Source: Takakia lepidozioides (Eukaryota; Plantae; Bryophyta). From it: a stretch of 64,000 nt of DNA. Below, piece by piece: positions 1 through 13,154 of this stretch. Location: contig CM060734.1 of NCBI GenBank assembly GCA_030704615.1, forward strand, positions 10,726,001 to 10,790,000, written 5' to 3'. Below the pieces are notes generated by a model, which was not told the DNA's origin, searched no databases, and was given only the letters and a program-made list of their open reading frames with translations. Position numbers and translations under genes: made by a program. Every line of letters begins with the position of its first letter. Position 1 is the first letter of the stretch.

Positions 1-3000
1 CTGAAAGATCCAACCAAGGCCTCCTGTTTGTTGGAATATCTCTCGACCACACTACACAGCCTTGAGCTCTTTTGCCCTTCTAGCACCAGATCTGCAAAAC
101 ATATTCCAATCCTCAGCTAACGTCTTCAATCGGTGAAGAATCTAGCGTCACCAAGCATCTCCACCAAATCAATCTACGGAAAATTGACTGATCCTGTCTG
201 CCAAAGTTTCTACTCGTCACACTTTCCCTTTGAAAGCTCTGAAATTTTCTCAACCTCCTAGGCTTAAACAATTCAACAGCCAAACTAGAACTCCTTTGGA
301 ACATTTCTGCTTCTTCAGGTGCTCACATCCCCATGAATGCATGAAAGCGAGAACCAACTTCCTGTAGAGAGTTTTTCCTTTCCCCCTCCTCTCTCCTTTG
401 TTTCATCAACTTTTTGATCTTAGGGCCATAACTTTCCCTCCATTTCATTGTGGAAGTATTCTTACTTATACTTTTCACACTTCTAGTTCAGAAAATAATC
501 ATGTGACTTAAAACAACTGCTGATTTTTACCCATTTCATGTACAGAAGCTAGTTGCATGTAAAGAAGAAAACTTTTGCACATTATGACTTATGGTAGTTG
601 TTTCTATAGATCAATTTGCAATCATTTTACAATTTTCTACTTCCCACAAAGTGCCTATAACATGTTACTTTTACTAAGCCAAATTTTAAGTCAACTTCAC
701 TTTTTGAGTCTACCCCTTGAAAATTCACTCATGCAACGATTCGAGAAAGATGACAAAAGTGCTTTTCTTACATGCGTCTCATGGGAGTCTCATCCTCTTG
801 TCAAGACCATGTTGTGAAATTACATATGCACATATCTAAGGCCCCAAGGTCACCAGAGAAGAGAAGACCAAACAGAGGATATATTCGAAGCAAGATACCA
901 CCTTTGAAGCATACTTAAATACTCAAATGTCTAATTTACCCAATAGGCAGGTCGTACAGCAAAGCATCATAAAAGATCTCCACTAAAATCCCTTCTCACC
1001 AGGGTCCTAAAACAGCAAGTGCTAGGCAATGAACAGTCACCCAATTCTGCAATTACCATCAGACTCATATGTGTAGTGATGCAATTCCACATGGCAAAAC
1101 CCTTGACAATGCCAGCTCAAGTATGCACTGTTCTCCAGGTACATGAAGCCTGGAAATAGTGACAGGAGTAATGAACTAAGTGTCAAATGGTTCTCAAATG
1201 GCAACGAGTTCAACTATGTCCACAGCATCCTGTTCTCACTGACATCACATTTGAATTTTGGTGACTCAAACCACCAAACTTGAACAGACACTGTGGGTGG
1301 AGAGAGCTCAAATGTGTAGTAGAAAATAATCAAAAGTGCTATCCCTTCTCACAACCAAAGTCTCCATATTCTTCAGAAAATATGTGCCACAAGCAAGTCC
1401 TTAAACCTCCTCATCAACTTTGCTTGCTATGTTCAAGTGAGCATCATAAAACCGCTAATGGGCGTGCCATCCCTGAGATCAACCCCAGCAGGTGCATTGG
1501 CATTGGCTGTGGGCGAGCAAAACGACAATTATGGAAGACTTTTAGATCCTTGTGGGTTCGTCAAAACCAACATTCACAGGGGGCCGTCATATTGCTCTAA
1601 GAAAAAGCTTTCCGCGATACTACCGACCCATATTTCACTCCGCTCCTGAACCTTCCCCCCTTCCACGCTCTCTCCCTCAATGCCACACTTGTGGTTGCAA
1701 AGAGCTACAGTCAAGATGGCACTTCATTGGAAAGAGTTAAGGCAGCTGTTCACACCCAGGCAGGAGTGGTTACAGCCTGCGGGGGTCAATGGCGGTAGAG
1801 CATCTTCATATTGGTGGACAATTACAAAGATTTTTTTTCCATTCTCTGTGTCCCTCTGAAGCAAACGCCACAAAGGGCATGAAGAGGATGATCCTTACCT
1901 GCCAGGCCTATAGAACACTCATCGCGATACTCTAACCACCTCTCTCCGTAAATGCCATAAGAGTAGTTCTCCCATGCCGATGGGCGTGTATGCGGAATAC
2001 AATTCTTCACGGAGACTACTTACATGATGGCGTTTGGCGCAGCCCAGAATTGAAAGCTTCCAGTAAACCCTTTGAATAACACCCAATTAAAAAATCTTCC
2101 GACCAACAAGCTGTCAAGGGCAGAATCTCTTAGTTCTCTGTCAAAAAGGCTCCAAAATTTAGCATGTTTATCATCATCCACGCAATGCTCAACCATCAGT
2201 GACCATGGCAGCGAGAAATATCGTAAGGGTTTTCTGGTAAGGGCTTGGTTGTTGACGAATCCCTCTCAAGAAACACCAACTCCTTCCACGGCAAGTCAAA
2301 GACTGCTAATTACATCTGTGGACTAAAACACTCACCTCAGTGCACAGGATGCCACAGATTACTTGAGTGACCTGCTCTCAATTCCTCACGAAGTTTCTGG
2401 TCTAGCCTCAGCCCAGTCACACAGTGTGTGTGGAGACAAAGCCTCAGAAATCCCTCAGCGGCAGAGCGGGGCCGAGAGACGAGCAGAGCCATATCTTGGA
2501 AGCATGGGCCTCCCTCCCGTTATAGCAAAGTCTTGCCGTGCCTGTCTAATAAGGGGGCTCCTACTTTATTGGCTCCTCCCTTAAGGAACCACGCAGAGGT
2601 GCTTTTCTCCTGATGTACCTTCACCACTTAATACCTACCTATCAAGATAATGCCCTCCAATCAATAACCATTTGTAATAGACTGTAGACTTTTCATCCAT
2701 GCACTGTTATCTATCCATCCATCCAACCCCTTGCGGAGGAGGAAAGTTTAACCTCCGTTTCATATATCACAAGAGGAAACGTCACCCCATATCACGAAAC
2801 AAATCATACACACAGGCCATAGCGCCATAGCAGGAATTGAACCCCGAACTTGCACTTATCAAAGAGCTAAGAGAAATTTAGGTTTAGGAAAGCAGAGAGC
2901 CCGGTGCCTGTGCGCCGTTTCTTTCCCGGGTGCTCTGCACGATTTTGAGGGGCTCCAAGGCGACCAGATTGCGAGTACAAGAGTGAGGCACTGTGGAGTA

Positions 3001-4666
3001 ATAGCTACAAGAAATCTGCAACGTTAGATGGCAATTGGAAGCAGCAGCAGCACAGCTGATAAAATTAGGCACTTCCACCTACAAGATCTCTGGTACTTAC
3101 TGGCATGTTCGGAAAGTATGTGAGGGAGGAAAGCGATCTGTTGTTGCTCTGAATTGTGAATAGAAGAAATTTCAGTTCAGTAGTTCCTAACTATTGGTGT
3201 CTTGAGCTCTGTGGATTTTCTTAGCATCGCAATGGCACTCAACGATGGTTGTCTATACGGGTTTTCCGGTCATGCCATTGCCCCCCCAAAAAGCTAGAGA
3301 GTGACGCTCTTCAGGACCATCAGGTACATAGTTGTTGCACCTCTGTTCGCCAAATTTCAATATCTTGAGGCTGAACATAAAGCCTGGGTCCTGCTGGGGT
3401 CTGCTAGTCAGCTCGCACACAGCAGATTGATGTTTGTGTGAAGAGCTTGCTGGAGGAAATCTGGAAAACCTGAATTAATTGTTTATATGAAGGTAAGTCC
3501 CACTTCTGGACTTAAATATCAGCAGTACCAAGACTGCCCTTCCCTCACCCATGTCAGAAACTGGAAACGAGTGCAGGGTTTTATGCCTAACTTTTGTTCG
3601 GACATTCTGCACGATTCCAACATGGCCTTACAAACGTCGGCTTCCAAGTCAGGTTCATCTTAACAGGGTCAATTCGTCAGTTCCTCATTCAGGTACTCGA
3701 AAATCTCCTCTTCCCTTTCTGCCAGGGCTTCACCTGTTGAACATGACACTTTAGATCTGCTTGAACATGACACTTTTGCTAGGGTTTGGGTTTGTTCTTC
3801 TTTTTATCTCTTGTGGTGCTGATGTGATCATTCCGTGTCATCGATGTTACCTATCCCCAGCTAGACCAACAGACAATTGCTTTCCGATGTGGTCAGTCAA
3901 GTGGCTTGAAATATTGTAAGTGCTGTGGCAAGGGAGAAATTTGCAGAGGCTGAAATCTCTTCTTTCTATGGAAGATGAAAGGATGTGCCAGGTACCATGC
4001 TGGAACTGAAACTATTTCTCAGAACAAATGGCACTGCTCCAAGAATCTAGGTGCTTATCCTCATGGCATTTTGTAGGACATTAGAGAACCAATATTTGTG
4101 CAGAGGTGAAGGGAAGTTAGAGTAACCGTTTGATTGCTTATGCAAGAGATGGTGCTGGGTGGCGGCGGCAAGGGATTCTCATTTCTCTCCAAACTGGTGT
4201 GAAGATGGAGGGTTGGCTGCCTCATCAGAATTCAGAAGAAAACTTGCCATGTCTGTCTGATTGGGTTTATGCCAGGAGCTCCCGAGCTTTTCCATATGCA
4301 CGCATGGATGTGCCGAGCCCGGTCATCATATTCGGTTTATCACATTCATCATATTCAGTCCTCATATTCAGTTCATCATATTCAGCTCCCCGCAAATTTA
4401 TCCCCGCAAATTTATCCCTTCAGATTTATCCGTCCAGCTCTCTCATATTCACTTTCTCTCATTGGGCCCTCGATGGCCTGTTTGTTGAGCAGTAGGCTCT
4501 GTAAATTCACTGGACGGTAAAGGAACTTTATCTTTATCCCTCAATTTTATCACAATGCCTTCCATTTTTCAGTTCCTTTGAGTTTTATCACATGGAATTC
4601 TATTACATTCAATTCTATTCAATTCCAATTCCATCACATTCAATTTTATCTTTTTGCATTTGTTCA

Positions 4667-5190
4667 TGTAAAGCCAGATTCTTGGCCACCCGGTTATTCC
4701 TCTTCCTCTACGGGTATTGAGCTATCACGGGGATGTGTGCTCGGTAAAGCATGCTAATGAGATAGGCAGGATCCAACGGAGAGGAGTCAGAATCACTCGC
4801 ACGGTTTAACAACTCATCCTCACTCACACCTTCTTCATCCAAAACTCACACACAGGTACAGCAGGGTTTACACACAAACGTACACTGCCGCCTCAAACGT
4901 CGTGTTAATCTCTTTTATAAACGAAGGCCCACAATCTCATCTAACCAAGTGGCAAGCCCTGATTGGTCACTTGGATGTCATCCGGGTGTCTGTCCAGATA
5001 GGACGTCACCTCATTCTACTTTAGAGATAAACTATTTTAGAGATAAACTAGCTGTTAACATAAGACGATACTTAGTTTAAAAATAGATTGTTTCCAGCTG
5101 GTTTCATCCAAGGCCTTTTTCAACGGTCATCATCCAACGTCTGTTCATCCAAATGTCGAAAAGGTAGGTAGAAGGAATCTGGCCATTACA
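4667..5190 (-). mobile_element. Solo-LTR-like element (524 bp)
   Basis: TG...CA termini with ~15-bp imperfect inverted repeat (TGTAAAGCCAGATTC / GAATCTGGCCATTACA); TATA-like TTTATAAAAAG on the minus strand at ~4912-4922; no coding capacity; no matching 5-bp TSD. Confidence 0.65.
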
Positions 5191-5704
5191 TATGTAAAGC
5201 CTCCTGGCACACAAAGAAGCGAGCTCCAGCGAGCTAGCTAAAAAAAACACTATGCTCAAGACAGGGAGCAATGGCACTCAAGGTCACACCAAGATATGAT
5301 GAAAAAACCGCAACAAGGAAAACCTTGCTCTGCAATTTGAGCGAAAGACAAAACCTTGTTGTGGAAAAACCCTATCTTATGAGGTGTGCAACCTGGAGAA
5401 CTACAAAGAAAAATGAGAGAGATCCTATGTAGGGAGCAGCTGAATAAAAGACATTGTCACGAAGAAGTCTAGGTAGCAACTGAATCAGAATCAAGCCGAG
5501 CACGCTTCTTCGGAGTTAAAACCACATGCTGATTCTCCACGTTGAGGCAGGTCAATCAAACTGCAGCTTAGAAGGGACCAGTTGAGAAACATGAACTGTC
5601 CCTGCAATCTCCACCGTAGAATGATGCTGAGGAAGAAGACGGTACTGTCGACCAGGCAGAATCGCATGAATCAGATAAGGCCCATCGATCCGCATCTTGG
5701 ATTT

Positions 5705-6538
5705 CACTACAACAGATCGCGGTATTTATGACTGTATATATGACTATTCTGCAGTCATAAACGATACATATGACTTCTATGACTGTAAGTCGTGCAAACC
5801 AAGTGAATACAATGAGTACATGATGGTACGCTCCAGATGACTACAGTCAGATGAACCAAATGATATCTCTCACTGCAGTCATATATACCATACTGCAGTC
5901 GCCGCTGCCGCGCCGCGTGAGGAGGCGCAATTGATTTTTTTATTTTTTCAAAAACACTTACAATTTTTTTTTTATAAAAATGTCAGACGTCGCGTCACAT
6001 CACGTTGCACCACGTGGCATAATGCATTTTTATAATAATAAAAAAACCACGTGGCAGCCCATCTAGGGTGCCACACTATCCCTAGCTCGACTACTAACCT
6101 ATGGCCATCATATCCATTTGATTGGAGTTTGAACCTGCAACCTCTTTGCTAGAAGATTATAGTTCACTACCTGCTAATCAATACACCCATTAGTCATTCA
6201 TGTGATCATATGGTGTTTTAATTGTATTATACATACCAAATTACAAAATCCCCAGTAATCATCATGACTATGTAACCTCATCCATGTACACTATAGTCAT
6301 GGAAATGACTATGAGTGGTGAGCTAAATCTGGTCAATTGCCGTTGACCAACCTTCCGCCCATTTCGAAGCCATGTAGTCATAAGGACGACTATTTAAATA
6401 GTCGTTCATATGACTACAGTCGTATGAACGACTGCAGGAGGTCAATTTCATATAGAAACATGTGCAGTCATGGTCAAAGTCAGGGAAACCATGACTACCG
6501 CGGATTGGCAGTCATAACTACCGCGATATGTTGTAGTG
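5705..6538. mobile_element. Non-autonomous CACTA (En/Spm) transposon, 834 bp
   Basis: Terminal inverted repeats CACTACAACA(G/T)ATCGCGGTA(T/G)TTATGACTG (28/30 match), 3-bp TSD TTT on both sides, and many subterminal ATGACT/AGTCAT motifs. Confidence 0.95.
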
Positions 6539-7369
6539 TTTGATGACCTGTTTGTCAGGCTGCAATCGAACACAAACAGTCTGGCCTAGAGAAAAATTTT
6601 CAGAGTAAACAACCCTATGGTTATAATTTCTAGCCTGAGCAACTTGAGAAACCTAAATGTTGTGTTTAGCAGTCTCTAATAAACGCAAACGATGAGAAGT
6701 GAGGTGAATAAAAAAGTCTTCCCATATGATGGCCTCCTCAACCTGAGTTTGAAGCACATGGACATGAACAACGACGCAATGGCGTGAGCGCCCGAGCGTA
6801 CGCTCACGCAGGAGTGACGTGGCGTGAGCCTGCACGCTGACGTGGCGTGAGCGTCATGTCAGCATGCTGATGTGGCGGCAAATGATGACGTGACACTGTC
6901 CGTCATCTGCCACGTCAGCATTAACATGCGCCGCCTATAACCGATGATGGTCTTATGACCGTGGAATTAATGCAGGGAATCTTGCCTAAATAAAATCAAG
7001 ACTACCATGAGGCCTACAATTGTAGTATCCAACATTGTGCAATTACAAATGTTTGTTCACTTTTACAATTATGAGGACGAGAAAATATCCTCACAAAGTG
7101 TGCGCCATAAAGGCTGCCACGGGAAGACCTTCCTCCCTCCTCAAATAACAATGAGAGTTAGGATCATCTTCAAAAGATGATTGTAGTGCATAGCGACAGC
7201 AAGACATGTAGACTTCGAACGGTGCAATGACAAATGTGCACTACCTAAAAGTTGTCACTCAGACCTCACTCCGTATAGTTGGAGGCCATATCATTGCACC
7301 GCCGACGAATTGATGTGAATTACACATTTCAAATCATGGTCGTCCACATACCACATTGCATAGTTGATG

Positions 7370-10300
7370 CTACCCATGTGTTGTATCCCGCTGCAATAGA
7401 GTATCGACCTCGTTGAAACTCATAGTGGCCTGGTGAATGAAGTTGTCACGTTTGGGATCGCAAACCATCCTCTTCAAAAATATGAAATACAAATGTTTGC
7501 AGGGTATGAATTTATCTCTCTTGCCCAAACTGGTTAATAGCATATTCACAAAATCAGGACATGTGCAATTGGGGAAATTGGAAACCGTGATGTCGTAGGT
7601 CCTGTCATGAACAGCAGATGTGGAAGTGATGATTGTGAATACCCGACCATATCCTGGATCGGGTACTTCCATGGTGCTTCCAACACGAGCTTGGAGCATT
7701 CTTGCGGACTCCACTTTGCCAAAGTGTTCAGCGGTTGGAGGGAAACGCCGAACGAGCTTTCCATCTCGTTTGGTTGGCCACAAGTCAGGATTTGCCGGGG
7801 GGACTCGGGAGGATGCAGAAGTAGTAGCACATGCATGGAGTTGGGGTTGTCTCGCAAGGGAAAAACCTGCCTCCTCCAGCATTTCAATCTCCTGAAAGCT
7901 GAGATATGTTCCCACCTTCACGGGCCAAACAGTTGGAGGAGATGGCTTCATCACTATGGAAGGACGCACAGTTCCATGCACACATCTGGCACAATCATCT
8001 GCGCAGAACCAGAACTTGTGGTTCTTGGCTTCTGGTTGACCGTATGGACGCATCAAACCCGTGAAAGTCGGAGCAGGAGTTCGGGCACCACCTCTGGATA
8101 TAGATGAAGTGCATTTTCTCGAAATTAGTTACCCTGATCGCTGTACATTTCACACGAGACCCTACACTTGTGCGTTTTATGTGCCAAACGTGGTCGGGGC
8201 ATGCGGACTCAAGCACATCAAGGGGGTTGTTTCTCTCCTGCACCATTTCAGTGGCACTATTTGATGCTGGAGCTTGCCGTCGTATTGGAGGTTCCTCCAC
8301 AATGGAGGTTCCGGACATGGAGCTGTCATGCAGGGGAACACGAGGTTTCGAGAAGTTATCACGGTCTGCCCTGTGCGAATCGGAATCCGAACCAGGTGGA
8401 GTGTTCAATTTCCTCTTACAGGAGCCGAATCTCTCATTCCCTTCAAGATGTGGAACTCTAGAAACAAGTGACGTTCCCTGGGCATACATGCTCACCGCCC
8501 GTGCTATCTTGATTGGATCCCCAGATCTGTTTGCAGCACGCAACATCAACTCCCATTTGTCCGGATCCTTGCCACCAATCCCACCTCGTAAGAAATCACG
8601 TTATCGGGTTTGTTGTTGCAAGGCACGTATCAAATCATCTGTTGTTGCCACATACAAATCCCGACCTCGTTTCCCAGACTGCTGCAACCATGCGTTGTGC
8701 ACAGTTTCTGCCAAATTGCAAGATGGCATGTCCGTCATTTCCTCAATGGACATGTTCTGCAAAGCGCTGAACCATACTTCAAAACAGTGAACAGAAAACA
8801 ACATAAAGAAAGCGAGGACACAATAAAATGGAAAGTAAATGTATGCATAAAGCAAGAAATATAAGCCTCGTACCACTGGCATGGCTGCTCCCCACTGTCT
8901 ATACCGGAAGTGCCAAAATGCCAGCCAATCTTCCAATGCTCTCATACTCTCAAGTGATGCAGCTCCAGAAGAGAACCACCAGACACGAATTGTCTGGAAC
9001 AAAGTGTCCGCCTCTTTCATTGTTCTAGCATCTTTGTACTCTTTGCACAATTTACGGTGCTGAGTCTGCATCTCTGGTTTGATGTCCGACTTTGTATGTT
9101 TTTCCAGAGATTGTGTCCAATGGAATAGACATGTACGCTCTCTTCCTCGCATTGGCACTTTTGGGTCGCCCGATCCGAAGACAATACGAACAGCATTGAA
9201 ATTTGCTTGAGCACTATCCGCCATGAAACCTGCGAAATTTGGAGATGGCAGCCCATGACACGTATCAGGGAATTCCACACGAGCTTCTGGGATTCCGTAT
9301 CCTCGGATTGCATGTCACAAACTGCAATTGTCATAACTCGTTGGTACACTGGATCGTAGACATGACAAGCCATTGTCGTCCAATCCTTCACTCGTTTCAC
9401 ATGATCAAACATAAGAAAACAGTTCTGCAAGTCCCCAGTCTTTTGCATCCGCTTCACGAGGCTAACCCCACTGCCCTCCCCAACAGTCGACATTTTGAAA
9501 AGAAAAACTTTGATGACACCTTGACCTGGGAATACATTGTCCTGGATGTAATCGTACTTGCTCACTCGTTTCAACTCCAAAATGTTGTCTATGTAGCCTC
9601 TGATACCAGAGCCCATTCTCAATACATTGATATGATGCCGAATGTTAGGTGAACTCAAAGTGGAGAAATGATCCATGACCAGGTCCAATGCTGCACCGTC
9701 AAGTTTAATCCCCACATAATCCCCTTCACTCAAAATATGGCTTTCCAAGAAGGACTTGCTTGCGCCAAGAGCAATTGCAGATGTTGTTGCGGATGGGTTT
9801 CTCCCGAACTCCTGTTTAATCAACCTCGATATTGTCTCAACACTCTCCCTGTAATCCCCCTTTGAGACAAGATGGTTATGGAATCCGAAATGCACACAAG
9901 CTCTTGTCATTATTTTCAAACGGTGGACAACATAGTACATTCTTGCTCCGCAGAGTGCCAAGCAGGATGGCACAAGTTTGCAGAATTTGCAGACGAAAGT
10001 GTTTGCCGGTGGTGGGGCAGTCCCAGGCTGAAATGGATTTTCCGCCAGACCCTCCCATTCGCTTTGATTATGAACCCCAGACTGAAGAAAGTGTTTGCAA
10101 TTCAAATTATCACACCTAAGGTGTCCATTGCAAACTGTTCTCCTGAAAACAAGCTTGTCATCATTCTGAATATTGGATGTTTTTGTTCTGCACCACGGGT
10201 GCCCGTCGTGTTTCTTGTCCATTCCATGCATCATGATTGTTACACCTCCAACTCACGGAGGAGGAGGCAGCTCGAATAGGATATCGCCATCAAAAGTCTC

Positions 10301-10876
10301 TGGCAAGAACTTCACAGGCACCTGCTTCAAAGATTTCCAATCAATTCCTCGCAACTCACTTTTGAATCCAGCCATTCTTCCCATCGCCCGTAATTTTGGA
10401 ATGACACTACAAATCTCTTCTTCATCAGCTTCTCCAACCACAGTAGGAAGGACTGGATTTGGAATTTCACTTATGTCATCATCGGACGAATCCGAAAGCT
10501 CAACGATTGGAGTGGAGGACGTCTGTTCTTTTTTCACCACCACCTCCCTCTTGTCGTCAACGACCGAAGCAGCAGTCCCGGGCGTCACATATGACCCAAG
10601 GGACTTTCGCCGAGGCTCTCCAAGTACTCTGTATCGACCAAGGCGCACTCTCCACTGGCTGATATGAGCCGTCTCATCACGGTTTTGGAAAGAGTATTTC
10701 AACAACTTCCCTTTCAAATCGTACACCTCTTTCTCCAAAAAGATGGAGCCATTCTGAAGCTAAAAACGGGTAGCCAAGACATGTTCCAAAACAATTGCAA
10801 ATCCATTGTCAAGGACTTCCTGGGAGAACGGCACTGGTTTGTCGTCAGAGAAGAACTCCGCTTCAGAGGAAGCCAT
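7370..10876 (-). pseudogene. MULE/MuDR-type DDE transposase with N-terminal GCM-like zinc domain and C-terminal SWIM finger
   Basis: DGHPW...CNGHLRC...C...CKFC...C...HFGFHNH (GCM/WRKY-like); MFDHVKR, FMADSAQANF, CLFHW and NLAETVH (D, D, CxxH, E); CTCPDF-x-CKHLY (SWIM). In-frame stops near 10760, 10253 and 8601, frameshifts near 9255 and 8110, and a probable GT-AG intron at 8757-8873. Confidence 0.85.
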
Positions 10877-11050
10877 CTTCCTTCCTCGCGTACGTTGATA
10901 CCTTGCTATCGCACACCTTCAGTGTAAATCGGTTTACTGATGTCTCCAGAACACAGTTGAAGAATGAGCAGAGAATATGGCGGAGGAAGCTCAGACGACG
11001 ACTGTGCATATTCTGTTATTCCTTCCAGATATGTAGCCGTCCATTTTAAA

Positions 11051-11160
11051 GCTGTGTCGAGTTGTGATAGACTGTGACTAACTGTAATAGGCTGTGTACG
11101 GTTGTGTCGGGCTGTGTAAGACTATGTATGGCTGTGATTGACTGTGCAACCTTGTGTACC
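11051..11160. repeat. Degenerate 10-bp-period tandem array (11 units, consensus RCTGTGNNNN)
   Basis: gctgtgtcga gttgtgatag actgtgacta actgtaatag gctgtgtacg gttgtgtcgg gctgtgtaag actatgtatg gctgtgattg actgtgcaac cttgtgtacc. Confidence 0.8.
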
Positions 11161-13154
11161 ACCCCCCTAAGCCTGTGTTCTAAGTCTACCAACATAAATG
11201 TGCGCAAAAATTAAGGGTACCCCACAGAACCCATAAAACTGTCTAAGTCCCAGACAACCTTCTAACAACAGCCTAATCTGCTGTCGATGCAACTTCCTAC
11301 GGTTATCTTGACGCCAGAGTTCCACTCCATGGTCATCGCAGACACTGTCTAATTTCCTACGTGCTTTACCAATGATTTCCAGACAACTAATAAACTAACA
11401 TGTTTTGGCAGTACAATGCCGAAACCGTTTGTCTTATGATCAAAAACGATCTGAAAAGAAAAGTGTACCAATATATGCATCTACATATATGGCAACCAAT
11501 GGGGAACACTCGTCCCAATTGTAAGAGAATCCAAGATCTCTGGTTCGTAAAAATCCCCCTACTAGGGTGTCCCTGATATCCCTTAGAGTCAACAACTCCT
11601 TTGAGTAAAGATAAGAATAATTCCCCTCAGGCTCTTCCTCCTCGGAGAGAGTTCGAGTCTTCCGGGAGAGAGGAGAAAATAAAAGAAAAAGCCAAAAAAA
11701 ATGTTTCAAAACCACCCAGCTCGCCCTCTTCAGAGAGAGTTGGAGTTCCCAGATAAAAAAATACTTCAAAACCGCCACTCTCCCCCACCGGACTGGGTTC
11801 GAATCCCCTAGATGATGTAAGAGAGATATGCGCGGTGCAAATTGATGAATCTACTCTAAAATAGCCTTGGAAGGACTTTTGGTTCTATCCTACTTGACAT
11901 GGCTTGCAGGGACTTCTCATGGATGTGCACAGCTCATGGTAAATCGCTCACTGCGAACTACGACCTCGACTTGAATCCGGAAGGGTCTAGAAGCTCCTAA
12001 ACATGATGCTTATGGGAGTCCTAATTCTTGGCTCCCACAACAACAGAAAAGATTGGATACCCGAGGACCCTACCCATGAAATAAACACACCATTCCTAAC
12101 TACAATCTAACTTGGTTCATGACTCGCAGGGACCTCTCATGGATTTCGCAGAGCTCATGATGAAATTCTTGACCTAAGAAATGATTGGATCCATTCTACA
12201 CCTCAGAGGACCATACTCTGGAACAATGTAACATTCTATCTGAAGAGGTCACAGGCCCTTCTAGGTTTTCCTGTGCTTGACACCCTTCACTCATGTGAGG
12301 GGAGCAGCAACCACTACTCTATAAGTCACCTTTTACCCCCTCACTGCTTCTGATTTTTCTCTCTCTACGAGGAATGCTGCAGCGGGGTAAGGTGAAAATG
12401 ACAAAAGGTTTAAGGTTTAGAATCCCCGTGCGGGAAGCCGCTGTGCTCCATGCAGGGAGCATCAATATATTGCAGAATGCTTGATACAGCAAGCATTTAC
12501 TTTTTCTCGAGATATGCTTTGAGCAGACACAGATAGACTCTGTGATAAAAAAAAACAAATGATGATCGACAGTGTGCATTGAGCAAGAGTGCATATATTA
12601 GCCAACCCATTGTTCCCATTCCTGCACATGTGGTTCTTCACTTGGTGAAGAAGAAAAGAAACTCACAACACGTGATTAGTAACGAAGATGTATGAAGTCT
12701 TCTACTTGGCAATTGGATGGTCATAGCTTTCATAGCTTATGCCATATCAGACGAATTCTAATTCTACAAGGTGGGTTAGATTACTGCACACTATGTGCCC
12801 CGCATCCCAAGGTCTGCCCTTGTGGATTCCAATAACTACCCGAAAATTCACTCTTGAGAACACACCACCTCTGTAATGCAACTGCGTTGCCCCGCATCCC
12901 AAGATCTACCCTCGGAACTCCAAGAAAGGGTGTCAATAACCTACTTGGGTAAGAGCCCTACTGACTTCTTCCCATTGGAGAAGTTTCATTGGATTATTGC
13001 AACTTAGTTGCCCCGCACTCCACCTCGTTGTGGAGCTCCAACAACCAATGAGTCAATGGATAGGAAATACCAACATTTCCTTCCGACAAACCGGGACAAA
13101 ATCCTAAAGATCTCTCCCTTAGTTGGGGGGAAATAGTTAATTGGTTAATGGAAC

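Larger units (their letters stand above)
6589..11456 (-). mobile_element. Mutator-like (MULE) DNA transposon remnant; boundaries approximate
   Basis: Contains the transposase pseudogene; TGACGTGG/CCACGTCA-rich subterminal segment at 6775-6920; repetitive region at 11050-11450. No paired TIR was found. Confidence 0.6.

Noticed and set aside
2815-2880. Minus-strand B-box-like GGTTCAATTCC (tRNA/SINE?)
   Set aside because: No cloverleaf, A-box, tail or TSD that I can support.
1-4500. Short ORFs, including a Cys/His-containing frame at 1822-2010 (RING-like?)
   Set aside because: Ligand spacing is incomplete and no family was recognised; probably decayed repeat DNA.
6589-6610. GAGAAAAATTTTCAGAG as a TIR paired with CTCTGAAATT at 32161
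   Set aside because: The match is only ~10 bp and does not extend; no TSD.
11780-11812. Perfect Pol III B-box GGTTCGAATCC (11796-11806), suggesting a tRNA
   Set aside because: No A-box, acceptor stem or anticodon arm can be folded; it lies in retroelement 3' sequence.
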